This document shows positions 48,627-61,787 of a stretch of 64,000 nucleotides of DNA, one piece after another. Under the pieces are notes generated by a model. It did no database searches. It was not told the origin of the DNA and saw only the letters and a program-made list of their open reading frames with translations. The DNA comes from Fimbriosthenelais zetlandica. Lineage: Eukaryota. Numbering within the stretch: the stretch's first letter is position 1; each line of letters begins with the position of its first letter. The DNA lies in NCBI GenBank assembly GCA_977030845.1, contig OZ365110.1:35216001-35280000 (forward strand), given 5' to 3'. The position numbers and the translations under genes are program-made.

Positions 48627-50927
48627 ACATTTTTATTCAGCGAATAAAAAATATTGAAACACATTTTAAGTAATATCCATTTGGATTCAAACAAGCGTTC
48701 TATGTATTCTTCTTCCGTCAAGGTAGATGAAGGAAGGACCTTTTTACGTGTTTGTAAATGACAAGTTAAGTGCATTCCACAGCACACCGAGACCTCAACT
48801 ATGTTCCACTAGAAAGTGAGTGTCACTGATTGCGGTTTGCCATCACCTCTAGTCCCTCTCTCCTCACCCTCCCACCCATTTGGTGCGGTCACTATGGTGA
48901 CCTGTTGGTGACCGTGGAAACCTCCAGGGTGTTGTCTGTCCTTCATACCCCCTGCCACACTGGAGGCCTTCCCTGACAGACGCCTCTCAAACAATAAGCA
49001 TGAAGAGGCCATTGATCAAGCCAAACCCTTCCATTATTTATCTACAGCTACTGATAACTCATCCCTCAAACGACAGGCTAATTATCACCATTGGGACTGG
49101 CCACCATAAATACAGAGAACCATTAATAATAGGAACGGTTATTCCATTTAACCATTAGCCAATTATCTAGTTGTTCTTCTGGCTTCCTCCGTAGATAAAC
49201 AGGTTTGTAGATCTATCTTCTGTATACTTTATTAGCTTGAGAAGTGTAAATTCTGTCTACATAATGACAAAGAGGGTACAATATGAATAGATATATGAAT
49301 CTCACACTGAGATGCTCTGAGAGTGATCGATTGGGTTGAAGAGACACAATTTCCCTATTATCAAACTGGACCTATTCAAGAGAATGTCCCAGTCGTTGCC
49401 AATTACTTGGTGAATTGGATGGTGGGGGATATAACCAAATTATAAGGTGAAACTGCAGTCCGCTACTCCTCAGTGAGTAATAGAGAGTCCTCATAGATTT
49501 TCCATTTATAAATATAGTTCCCCGTGGCTGTGTCTTTATCGCTAATAATTACTTTATTGCCTCCAATCACCCGGGAGCCCGAGGCCAGACTTTCAATGAA
49601 GGAAGATGGGTATAAACTTCCAACATAAACGAGATAGGCGAGCCTTGGTTTGGAATTCAGGTCGTTTGCAGCAGCTGGCTTTGAGCCGTGCATGGACTGC
49701 TGCTGACCTTCTATGGGGGAAAATCTACCACTCAGGCAAGTGAGACAAAGTTGACGTATTACACGCTAAATTGTATTGATATTGACTTTTTTATGTTTTG
49801 TTTATGATGTTCTGTTAAGGTTACAACCGGTTTTAGTGTGTGACTGTGATGCCAACGTCACGGGGGTAAAATGTCATAGAATAAAAAGAAGAGTGTGGTT
49901 CGTTACATGCATGAAAATAAGCTTTTTTTAAATGAGACTTTTTAACGGTCGGTGCACAGCGATCCTAGGCAATTAGTCCGCCGTGAAAATGGGACATGGC
50001 TTCTGAGTTTGTTTAGAGCTTATTACATGTAGTATTTCATGAGAAATGTCTTCAGGAAGCCTGGTGTCTCATCTTGCTTTCACTGTAGCAGATTCCTCCC
50101 CAATGATTACGTGATAAAAGTGATAATGAGGGAGTGAAGACCTCGATATAAAGAGCAACCTTCACTATTTGCCACCAATACAAAAAGGGGCCGTTCCAAA
50201 GTCTAATTCCAACAACCCATATCAGTTACAAACCAAAATAGTATACAGTCGACTAAAGGATATAGTCCTTTTAAATGCATAATGGAGCTTTTTGGTCCTG
50301 GACTCTCGATGCTAAACACCAGTTCTGAATCATAGCTATGGATATACATTTATAAGTAGGTAAAACTATAACCCTTTTCTAGAGCCATTTATAGGGATTG
50401 TACTGTACATAGAGATATGCTATTAGGGGATGGACTTTGGCATTACGGGGGTACAAGCGTGGCATTAGGTTGCAGGTGTTCACAAATGTAACACTTTTCT
50501 CGCCTTGAGCATGATAATTTGCTGTCACATCCCCATCCTACACTTCTAGCTGGCTTTCTTTACAAGGTACCGCAGTGGTGAGGAGGGTATATACTTTGCT
50601 ATCGTCCGGGCTGTCATTAGGGCAAGGCAGTGCACCTCTGAGGTGTATACTTAAATGTAACAGAGTTGAGCCCCTAGCCCGGGGTGCTTCAGGTGTGTGT
50701 CTTTTTAAACCCAGACAAGAAGTACATATATACACCCTGCATGGACTCTTCCTTCATAATAATAAAGCAATGAGATGTTACTTGGGGACATTTCCTACAA
50801 TTTTAATTTAAAACAGCAATTTGCAGCTTTGAAAAAGTGTCTTATATTTGCTCAAGGTGTTCAGAAGGGGAGCTGTCACTGCTAATATAAATTATAGTGT
50901 ATTTTGATAACTCTGATTGCTCTCACC

Positions 50928-50934
<7 letters not shown>

Positions 50935-50984
<50 letters not shown>
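50935..50984 (+). repeat. (CT)25 / (GA)25 microsatellite in Emx intron 1
   Basis: Read directly from the sequence. Confidence 0.95.
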
Positions 50985-50988
<4 letters not shown>

Positions 50989-51933
50989 ATCTTTCTGTCT
51001 CTCTCTCCGCTCTGTCTTTATTTATTAAGGATGCCCAGGGAATGTAAAAGGAGAATGGGGATTGTTGCTTGGTGGAGACCCAGCAGGACAAAGACTGGCT
51101 TGTTGGTGGGAGAGTTGACGGAGGTGAGAGCACGAGGCCCCGGAGAAGTGTTTCGCCGGCGGGGGTAGAGGCGTGCTCGGTTCGTACATGATGGAGCGGC
51201 CGATACCTGCTCCTCTAGCACCAGGTCGGGCCCCCTTAGCCCCCTGACAAATTACAACCACCATAACTCATCGCCAACTACAAACCTGGAATAACAATCA
51301 CACGGCTTATACTCACGAGGCCAACATTTGAGGCATTTCATCTTTTAAAAAGTTGCCAATGCCTTGCAGTCATTTTGGCAGAAAGTCTAACAAACAGCCC
51401 CATAAATCCTTATTAAAAGCAGTTTTTCAAGATCAAATACAAGAATAGTTTAGTCTTACTGTAATGAGAATGCCAATAGAGTTACTGGCACTTTAGGGCA
51501 TTTAAGAGGAAAAATTCAAATTTAAAATACATTTTTCGGATATAAATTCCGTAATTTTCTATTTCAAAGGAAGGTGCTTTCCAAATAAACTCGCTAATAT
51601 TGAAGTCTAACCATAAACACCGAAGATGTACATTCACGAAATTAAACGTTGCTAAGTAATATATCAAGGCATTCTCGACTACAAACAAAAGTTGGTCTCC
51701 GCCCTTTCAAAAAGGAATAACTCATGATCGGGTTAGCAATTAGCAAGCAAGATGTTTGTCTGCTGGGGTGTCTTCGGGCCTAAACTCTACTTTATTTGCC
51801 TGTCTTTTCCTTTCTTTATTCCCGGCACATAAACACCGTTCTCTCTATCCCTCTGTCCATGTCCAGGACCTGTTTCATGTTAGAACAATGTGCTACATTA
51901 TCCAGTAGTACGTGTAATTCTAGGGGATATCTG

Positions 51934-52000
51934 GTGCCTGTTTCAATGCAAAGATTTCCCATAGACTTAGCATTGCTAATGGTTGTTCTGAAACAGATCC
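51934..52000. mobile_element. MITE family 1 copy (67 bp, CTG TSD, opposite orientation to the 10696 copy)
   Basis: CTG-GTGCCTGTTTCA...cccatagacttagcattgctaatggttgttc-TGAAACAGATCC-CTG. Confidence 0.75.
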
Positions 52001-55000
52001 CTGGTGGACAGCTTAACTTTGAATCAACCCCCAGAATGGCTAGACTTGATATGGTAACAGTCAAAGTCCAGCACAGGACCTAGGCCAGGTTTGCATGTGA
52101 AACAATCTGTTTCAATAGCATGAGATAGCATTCATTAAATCCTTACACGACCCCCCATCCCTCCATCACCGACACCCAAACCCACCCCACATCCATCCCA
52201 GCCACCGACCACACAACCAAACAGTGCGCCGACTCATGCCAGGTGCCTGCCTCCATGTGCCAAGTGGATCACCCCAACTGATCACATTACGCTGGACTTT
52301 AGATCATTAAAGCCACAAAAACAAGCCTAAATGACAATAAGAAGGCATTCCAGGCTGTTGTTAGTGGTTCTATTGCGTGATACGCTTCCAGAGGTCCACC
52401 TGGCCAAACTGAAAACTAATTTCTCAAGCTAGTCTCCCAGGAAGCCACTTTTTGCAGAAGGCCTGCCTCATGCACAGACCCAATATCAATGATTTCCAAC
52501 CTTTTTACTTCATTCTTTATACAAAAGTCCAATGGGTTAAATTTGTGCATCTTCTTGATACCAAGTAGAGACCCTCCAGAATTTGTAGGATTCCTTGAAC
52601 AAAATTAATATAAGTCATCACAAATAAATACTTTCAGCGAGGTATAGCACACAGATTTTCAAGACAGGGACTGCATGATTTGAACACTGAAGCCACTTGC
52701 ATAATGCTATGGCTGCAACGAAGCCATGGTATACTTCCAACGTGGCCTCAACCGCCCAAAACAATCAAACGTGCCTTAAATCTGGACCAGGGCGTCAGTA
52801 TAGACAGAAAACTTCATGACCCAGCAGCTCAGTTTTAAGAGAATGTATATATCTAGCCAATGCACCCATACAATTCCCAGGAAGCTGGCCATCTCGATAC
52901 ATGACACTTTAGTTGTCAGTATGGAAAGATAGCCTGGGGACGAAACTGGCCCTCAATGTCCAACGAGGAGGTTTACGCCTCGGGCAGTCCAAAACCAAAT
53001 TGGTGGAGAGAAACAGCGATTATATAGAGATTTTTAGGGAGTATTGGCACTGGGAAACTTCAATTGGAAGGTCTCGCCTCTTGCTAAACACATGGCTTGA
53101 CTTGTTTTAAAACTTGACCAGTCTGCCATGACAAGCATGTGGCGCCTCACTCAATCCTTGGCATGCAGGGAAAAGTCGTAAAATGGCTTCCCGTTTAATA
53201 TAAGTATACAGCTAATTAGTAACTCTACTTTAAGCAAAATGAGTCTTTAATTGGTGTAGCACCTGCATAACCCATCAGATTGTTTGTATACAAATAGAAC
53301 CCAATGGACAGTGTTATCAAAATAATTACTTGGGTTAAAAAAAATTGGGTTCAATTGGATAGATGTTGTTTGATGCAGTGGCTGAAGTTTTAACGCGCGA
53401 AGCGAACACCTCGACCAGGCATTGAGACCATTTATCATCGTTATAATTAGCCCCCTCTGTCCTGTCAGTGAAATTAAAAACAATTAAAGCCGGCCATATG
53501 CCATAGCAGGCTGCCCACCCGAGTCACATCCTTATTAACTTACTCAGCACAGTTGTGACTGTGTTTGTTGACATGAATTTAATATCGATGAGTCGTGGAA
53601 AATGGAATTGGTTGCATCCCACTCATGTCATGATATAAACGAGGTATAAATGGGCACTCGGAGCCAAATCTTAGTGATATATCAAACCATAGAAAAAGTT
53701 GTATGATACTCGTCATTCCAGCTTCAAAATTTGATTCTTATCGTTCATTTTATTTGTATGCATAGCCATGTATGCATGATTATCAACGACCTTATCGTAT
53801 ACCATGTGCATCAATGCACAATCGACATTATAATGGAAGCCCATATTTGGATTAATCTGTGCTGGAATATAGGCGCTTTTATGCATTGGAAAGTGGTTTA
53901 GGGGGAGAGGTAAATTTGCTGTGTATATCGTAGGGGCGTTAGGTCCATACTGGGAAGCATTGTATTTGGGGCGGGGGTAAGTTGTATACTAGGCTATCTA
54001 CACTGGCATTAGAAAAGGAGCAGCAGTCGCGCCACTCATTGTTGGTGTCACTGTCCCCCTAGCGTGATTTGAATACAAGGCGTCTCGGTGGAAAATTAGT
54101 TTTGACAGGATGCCTATGGTTGGTTATCCACGTCTCCCATGTGGCCCAGCCCTGCATCTTAAACCCTAATATGTCCTACCTCCAGAAATCTAGATATCCA
54201 AAGATTGCACAAAACTGCTAAGAATATACTCTCATTCCCCGAGGAATGGGGAAAAAAGAAATTAATAGTTTTATTGCGAAAACCTCACAGCAGTTCTACG
54301 GAAATATACAATAGAAGGGCAGAGTGTGATTTTCCTTGATGTGCCCTTCTTCTTTAGCTCGTTAATCATAGAGGTATTTAATCATGTTTGAAGTAAACAT
54401 GACTGTACTTTGGTCCCCTACTCTGCTTCAAACAAGCATATACAATTCATATGTATGTACATACAATGCATTGTGTAGCAAAACAATTAGGGGGGCGCCC
54501 TTATTCCAGTCCTTCCAGTATGAATGGAATAATACACCTCGGGATTGTGCAGGGAGGGGAATTGTATGTATTGGCACAACCAATTTGCATTTCAAACGCC
54601 GTGTGTATTTTATGCACATTGAATGTTTCCAACACGGTGGTCGGCCGGCTGATAGCCCCTGAAAAATATTCACTTGAACATATATATGATGTACATCTTT
54701 GATAAATAAGGATTGTTGACATACATGATCCCGAGTCTTCAATATGTATGTCAGCTTATAAGCCATCATCAGCTCACATGAAAGTGTGTGTCGGCCTGCA
54801 CGTGGGCCTCTGCTATCACACCTTCATGGGGGCTACCCTGGTGTTTACCTGAGAACCAGGTGAGGAGCGAAAATCATTCCACAAATGGCTACAAATACCA
54901 AAACTCTATTAGTTGGCAGTTACCGAGCTTATAGCTCTCAATAGCCTTGTATCATTGAGACAGCTTTTCCAAGCAGGCCCCTGTTTGCAGAGGGAATAGG

Positions 55001-56934
55001 CTCGGCTGAAAATGAATCCGGGCTGAATTATGTTGCATGCCTGTCATATTTACCCGGCTATAATTGAGGGTGGGAGGCGCTATGGACCGAAAATCCAGGT
55101 GAATGGAGCTGGGATCGATGCAAGTGCTGCGACTATTTAGCACACCCCGATGGCGCTGGAGATGTTAAACACCTTAATTTTGTCCCTCTGCTTGAGTCAA
55201 CCATGCCAGCCTTTCACTGCCGTGGAAAGGTAACATTAAATGCATATATAAAGATGTGGTAGCGTAGGGGAATTGAATAGAAAGCCAGGGTTAGCCCTGT
55301 ATACAGCTCAGGCAGTGTTAGCATTTGCCGAGGTGAGCTCGATTCCTTTACCCGACCCCAGATCGTTGTATACGGTTCGTGTAGAGCATTGAAGCGGGTT
55401 CCCTCTTTTACTGATAACATCAGTACCGACAAAATGGGGAGTGAGCTGGGGACCACCTAGACGCTCATATTCAAGTCAGCGTTAGACATTTCACAACAAA
55501 TTACTCAGCCCTCTGTGTGAAAATTTGCCTGTCATTTGAAATAAAAACCCCATGGTAAAGTATAAGCCATATTTATGGGGTGAACAAGTATAAACGATGC
55601 GTTTAGAGTATAGGTTCCCTCTCAACTAAACCTAAGCCGATTTTGGAGGCATCTATATATGATAATTTTCTCGACTCTACAACCACAAAGAGTCTATCAA
55701 AACATAAAGATATGACCACACAAATGGTAAAAACACAGCCGATTACTGGATTCTGCGATATAGTAATGAATTACAATTGGGATAAAAGGCCTTTGGCTTT
55801 GGGATGCCTTTAACTACAATTTGGATCTGACGAGATAAAAAGTGGTGCTCTCCAATGTGACTCTAAACTCGTTGCTCTAAATGCAGATGCACCACGACCA
55901 CCCTGCTTCATATCTATCTACAATATTAATTGTGTATACTTCTGTGGCAACATTGTGATAAAATCACGGAAGAACGTGAAAAATGTCATTGAAAATACAG
56001 TGGTGTCTAATGGGGATAGATGGGAGTTTTATCAGATTCGTCCCATGCAAAGTAAAACTTTAAGAAGGGAATCTAGTTCCTTCTTGTGTTCTTTTAATTC
56101 ATAAAATGATCAAACATTTCCAGCCATGCTTGTAAGCAAGGTATATATAGGGACAGGGATGCAATCACCTTTTACAGGATAAATTGCTTGAATTTTCAGC
56201 GTTGGTCTTTAAGATTGCCATGCCCTCCTCATCCAAGGTGAAACTGAGCATTCGGCAGTATCCGTTTGATTCCAACGTTCTATAGAATCCCGGATTCTTA
56301 GAAGTGATAACCTAACGTTCAGTGCTTCATAAGCTATAGGATTTGGTCACGGGGCGTTTACTGTCATGATGACCATGCATGTATGATGTCTTATGACGAT
56401 TCAGGGATCTGTTCTCAGAAGTCAAGTCTTACGAGTCATTGTAAGGAAAACAATCTTAGTATCCAAAGACATAGATCTAGGTCTATTATACTTGGCAGAT
56501 CTGGGATTTCAAGTCATCCAATAAAGCTTGATTTCAGTTTAATTGGAGCAGCACGAAAAGTTCTTTCAATATAATATCTTTAGTATATCTAATTGTCAAT
56601 CAATATATGAGGTGCATACTCTAAAATGAATTTCGATTGGGGTGTGAACATAGTGCAAGTGCGTGAAGTTCAAATTTACCTTAGAATCTACATCCAATCA
56701 CACAATAATAATTATGAAGAATGTATCCAGCACTATGGCACTACAGATATAAATCTGATGTTCCCGGTCTTGCTCCAAGATATTTTGCCTATTCATTCTG
56801 TGCTTTCAATAACATTGAAAAATACTCTTAGAATAATTATTTTAGTTTGACTTCTAAATTACATGCCTATAAATTGTGTTAAGAATTATTTACACACAAG
56901 TGTAGATAAGATATGTGAAGCTTTCCATACATAC

Positions 56935-57487
56935 CTGGAAATCGTCCATGACTAAAGTAGCCCCCGTGTCTGGACATTAACCATGGGTAGAGACTAAAAT
57001 GTTCCCTGTGACCAGTAGCTGCCCCTAACAACATAGGATGAGCGGCGCCCAGTCCGGGATGGCCGGGAGTGAATCCGGCGGGAAGTCCATGAGGACTAGC
57101 CGCCATGGGTATTGGGAAACCTAGCGCCGCGGCGGCCGTCAAACTGTCAGGATACGCGGTATGTTCACTAGGCCCACAGTTGTACAAACCTTTCATACTG
57201 TTCAATAATAAAGGATTGTTATGGAGAGGATGGAAGCCGGTATTGTGAGGGTGGCCGAAAAGCACTCCTTCCCGGTTGGGCACTGTAGCAGCCTCGGCTG
57301 AAGCGGTGAGGTTGATCGGCGTGGTCGAGGAGTTACTCCTGGGGCTCGGGTCTGGGGAGGAGGTGGAGGGCGGGCGTAAGCGGGACGCTGGTGGAGAGCG
57401 AGACCGGGAACGCGGTCGGTCCTTCGACATGAGCGAGTCAATGGTAAATCCATGGGAGCGTTTGGCAGTCGGCACCACCGGCATCAT
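56935..57487 (-). CDS. Emx: Emx homeobox gene, coding exon 1 (eh1 motif FTIDSLM; YPW hexapeptide-like motif; ends ...GRFP-G)
   Basis: accATGATG start. MMPVVPTAKRSHGFTIDSLMSKD resembles the Emx N-terminus (KRxFTIESL). LYPWL...RFPG precedes donor CAG|GTATGT at 56935/56934 (phase 1, compatible with exon 2). The joined CDS is 1236 nt, 411 aa. Confidence 0.93.
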
Positions 57488-58553
57488 GGTAGAGGCTGCT
57501 AGCTTGACTTCCAAGACAATTGGGAGACGCTCCTGTGTGAAGCGCAGATGAGTTCTTATAAGGAGTAGCTCAAGTTTTGTCCAGAGCAGCTCCTTAAAGG
57601 TCCATGCAGTCTATCAAAGCAATCCCTGAACAAATAACAAGTCACTGCTCAATGCACAGTGCACTATATTTATTCTTCATATCGTGTTTTAAATGAATCA
57701 ATAATTGATAATCAGCTCCAACACAAATCATCCCTCATAAAATGCACATTTAATTATATCGCTAGTATGAGTCATTTAAGTTAAAACACCACAAGGTATA
57801 GGTCAATGAAACTGCTGGTGCCACTTATTGTCCTCGAGTGAATTGAGTAAAAGTTTTATCAAGTGTCCATTGATAATTTATACCTTTGAAATGCTATACA
57901 GCAAGTGTATTTGTGCAGTCCAAAGTTGAAGAGGAATCCTTTATAGTTTATCCACTAATGGTACCTTTAAATCCGTGAGGGTAGAAAGTCTTGGAGAGAC
58001 TTATGTATAGCAGTGATAAAGGTGGAACTTTTGTCAGTCTATGTAGAATGTGGATATGTCACTCCAGTGTCTCAGTGCATCCTCTCTACCACATTTTAGG
58101 TCATGTGAGGGTATGTAGCGATGTCTGAACCTCCTGGGGATCAGATCTGCAGCATGATACACTATCTAGTTATTATATAGCTCAGGGCATCCAAGCTTGA
58201 TATGAATGTGTTGCTGGTGCTCTCAGAGAGTGTGTGTGAGTGAATATGCGTGTGTGACAACGCAGCTCGCGTCTTTCCAACAACTGGTGTCAGTCACTGT
58301 TCACTGCTGTGGCCTATTCCTCCACGCTTCTCTACACTGCCACTATAGTCTCTCCGCTCTCTCTCCCCTCTCTCTCCCTTCTATGCATCCACCTCTCATC
58401 ACACACTCATAAAGTCTGTATGCTTCACCCAAGTGGCCTCTGTCCAAACCAACTCCTTTCAGACTGAAAATACCTGGATCCTTCTGCTTCTGCAGGAGTG
58501 ACGCTCTCTCGGTTTAAGACTCAGAGATCAGCCCTGTTTGGGATCCAGATTCA

Positions 58554-58683
58554 ATCTGATAGGATAATTACGGCCATCATTACCCTATTATAGAGACCAG
58601 CTGGTAGGCTTACATTGTAAGGTCCACGCTCATTGGTCCGCCGCGGTATCAGAGAAGGCAGGTGAAAGGCATCCTCTGATTGG
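58554..58683 (-). promoter_or_regulatory. Candidate Emx core promoter
   Basis: On the minus strand: CCAAT boxes at 58683-58679 and 58636-58632, TATAATA at 58592-58586 and initiator-like TCAGAT at 58559-58554. A possible donor (CAG|GTATTT, 58474) and acceptor (ttgttcAG, 57627-57626) suggest a 5'UTR intron. No transcript evidence. Confidence 0.4.
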
Positions 58684-61575
58684 ACGCGAACTCATATGGA
58701 ACTCTTTCCAATGTTGCGACCGCAATTTGTTAAGTTATTTGGCTGACAGGGAGAACATCAAATTGTGAGTGATGCCATGCCAATTATCAGGTTCCAGAGA
58801 CTGTGTCCACATAAATAGGCAATCTCGTTTAATATCAGAGTTGCAAACCAGAAAATGATTTTCCATTGACTGAACCAGGGGATGATCTTAATATAATTGC
58901 AGCATTCGACGAGTAGTGAGAATTAAAGAATGTATATACTTTTGTTGTAATTCTAGAAACTAGTGAAAATTTCAATAATCTTTGCCAATTTTTGGACGTG
59001 GTCTTGCATAAAGTTAGATTAAATATTGTGACTATTAAACGCACCATAATTGATCTGTAGTAGATCTCTATACAATTAAAGAAGATAGCTCATATTTTAT
59101 AACTTTTAACATTAGTCATGCATAATGTAGAACAAGTCATTACACTAAGACAGGGGTCCCAATATTCATAAAGAATATTTTCTATGCTTCACATATTTAC
59201 TTAATAAAATTCAGATGTCTGGCGAATCAGTTAAAAGACCTGTCATAGAAATGATAGTCAATAAATAAAAGGCATTCTGAATTCATTTCGTCTGTATAGC
59301 GAGTGGTGCCAATTTGACTGACGTCTGCTTTCTGAGTGCGTACCCAACCATGCATGCCAACTAAAACAAGATGTGAGTAGTACATACAAATGGCACAACT
59401 AATGAGGTTCATTGACCTAATTTAAGAGGAGGGGTTTGATACTTCTACAGTGAGAAGATCTATACGTTTAGTTGGTCCACATGTAGCTATTTAGACATGT
59501 ATATATGGGTCTATAGGATGTCCCATGCATTGAGACCAAAGGACGATATCAATGCATATTAATTTTGTGGAAGAAAGAGACTGAGGTCATTGAAGTATAT
59601 CTTCTTCCACAAATTTCTGCAACTGCATTAGACAGTTTATGTAGATATCTATTTATTAATAGCAATGTCATAAGAAACCTTGAAATAATATTGAATAATG
59701 ACTAAACCAAAGTAATGAAAAGTGAAGTAAGAAACACTAATTCAAGTCATGGAATATTATGTGAAAAGCATATCTATCAGAATCAGTGAGGCATATCGAG
59801 CATGTCACGACCCTGATGGAGGAGTGGCATGTACATGCTAGTATGTCCCTGTATACCACTACAGCCAGCCTCCTCCTGTCCCTCCCCCTGTCCTGCTCCT
59901 GTCTGTCCATGTTGGCATAGAATGAAGTCCGCTGATTGCCACCGGACACACCATAAAGAGACCGCCACTTAGCGACGATCGAAGACATGCGCCCGCGCGG
60001 TCTAGAGTTTCGCATCTTTGTCGTCTGCACCGTCCAAATATTAGCCAAGCAATTTGTCGTGCGCGACAAGCCATCATTGCCTCTTTAACTCACTTAATAT
60101 TTCTCCATCGCCTCATTGAAAGCAAAACAGACATGATACCGAACCAATTAGGCCTCATCTGGAAAATACACAACAAAGGAGCGCGCTCATCCGGTCTGGA
60201 GATGATGGCGTGTTTAGCTTACATGCGTTTCGCCGCGTTTTCGCGGCCCCTGTCGCCTGCTTTGTCCACTAGGCGCTGGTGTATTGTGATCATGGCCTTG
60301 CTGGGAATCACCCAGCAAGAGAGGGAAAAGCGTGTAAACTGTTGGCCTTGCCATACCATACAAACGCTCCTACTTCCCTCCGCCCCTCTACCACTAGCAT
60401 ATTCAGGAACCTGTCGCCCTTTTCATTGCATCGTGTTTGTTTTCTTCTGGCTTTTTGTAGCCAATATATGGCTAAACATGCGCACCTCCTCGTGGTGCAT
60501 CAATGCAGGCCAGAGGCGGGGATTCATCTGCATGAGACCATGTAAAACTATCCGGCTTGTCCGACACAGCCTCGATTACTCGACAAATATGCACACCCGC
60601 CACTATTGGTGTTTTGGAAAGCCAACATCTGTCAAACGGGCCCTGGTACTTGTCCCCACAGAGCGACTTTAGTCGAGAAAACCCCTCTCCAACGCCCCAC
60701 TGTCATAGACCTGTGAAGTACCTCCCTGTCTAACGTAAAACATGTCTGAATTAATTCAGTTCCCCACACTAAAAAGTCCCTTATAAGATCGTCAATAGTG
60801 GTGTCCTCACAGCAATGTATTCAAAACGATCTGGGTGGTACGGATACAAATTTGTGTGGATATGATAAAGTATTCACGGCAACACCCATGATATAAGCAA
60901 ATATTATGATTAATTCAATATAATGTATATTGATCCAATGTTTCAAATGAAATATTGATAAGACACCAAACCATCAGAAGGCTAATCCATCTCATTTGTC
61001 GTTCATAGTGACAACTTTGACGTTTTCCCTATCTTTGTCTCGCAACCATTACCATCCATATACCTCGATCGGTTCATTAAAGATTAATATGATATTGGGA
61101 AAAAGGCGATCAATCAAACGCTAAACTTATGAAATATCGCCCCAGGCTCCTTACATAGAATTCTGCTTGAACATTTTTGCAGGAAGAATGGCGCCAACTT
61201 TTCTATTTCTAATATATGGCTATAGGAGCTCATGAAATATAGAGTGAATGCTTCAATGCTCCTAATATCGCCCGTATACAGACTCACACTATAGTGTGAT
61301 TTATCTCACAGTGTCTTTACAAGTGTCAATAATTGGTGTTGAGAGGTGTTAGAGTTCATGTCTTTAGCCACCACCTGCGAGTAATATCCCTTCCTTCTAC
61401 CCCACAAGATTACAGAAACACATTAAGGTAAAAAGTACTCAAGAAGGAAGAGTACAGTCACTCTATGACAGAGTGGAAACAGCTGATGACACTCATATAC
61501 AAGACATGCAGGTGTCTCTACATGCCTTTGGTAGGCGTCTTGGGAGCAGTGAGGTCTGGGACTGAGTTCTCCTAA

Positions 61576-61787
61576 AGCCTGGAATACACCCATCCGATTC
61601 TCCAATCCGTCGCCATCCGAACCTCCATTTCTAATGGCATCCAATGATGTAAATTGTGTCAGTGTTTAGCCTTACCTAGGTATAATTGACTGTTGAAAAT
61701 TACAAGCATTTGGTGTGAATAGAAATATAGTTTCGGACACATATCGGATGGATCCGGATGGAGAATCGGATTAGTGTGTTCCAGGCT
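61576..61787. mobile_element. MITE family 2 (about 212 bp, about 45-bp imperfect TIRs, TAA at the left flank)
   Basis: AGCCTGGaatacacccatccgattctccaatccg...ccatccga pairs with tcggatgg...cggatggagaatcggattagtgtgttCCAGGCT. Confidence 0.6.

Noticed and set aside
50917-51168. ORF with poly-(Leu-Ser)
   Set aside because: Translation of the (CT)25 microsatellite.
57488-57514. TTG start extending Emx by 9 residues (MEVKLAAST)
   Set aside because: An artefact of the ORF caller allowing alternative starts. accATGATG at 57487 has good context and matches the Emx N-terminus.
60133-60672. Longest unexplained ORF (179 aa)
   Set aside because: No recognisable domain or signal peptide, a Cys/Trp/Arg-rich composition typical of non-coding GC-rich DNA, and no supporting gene structure.
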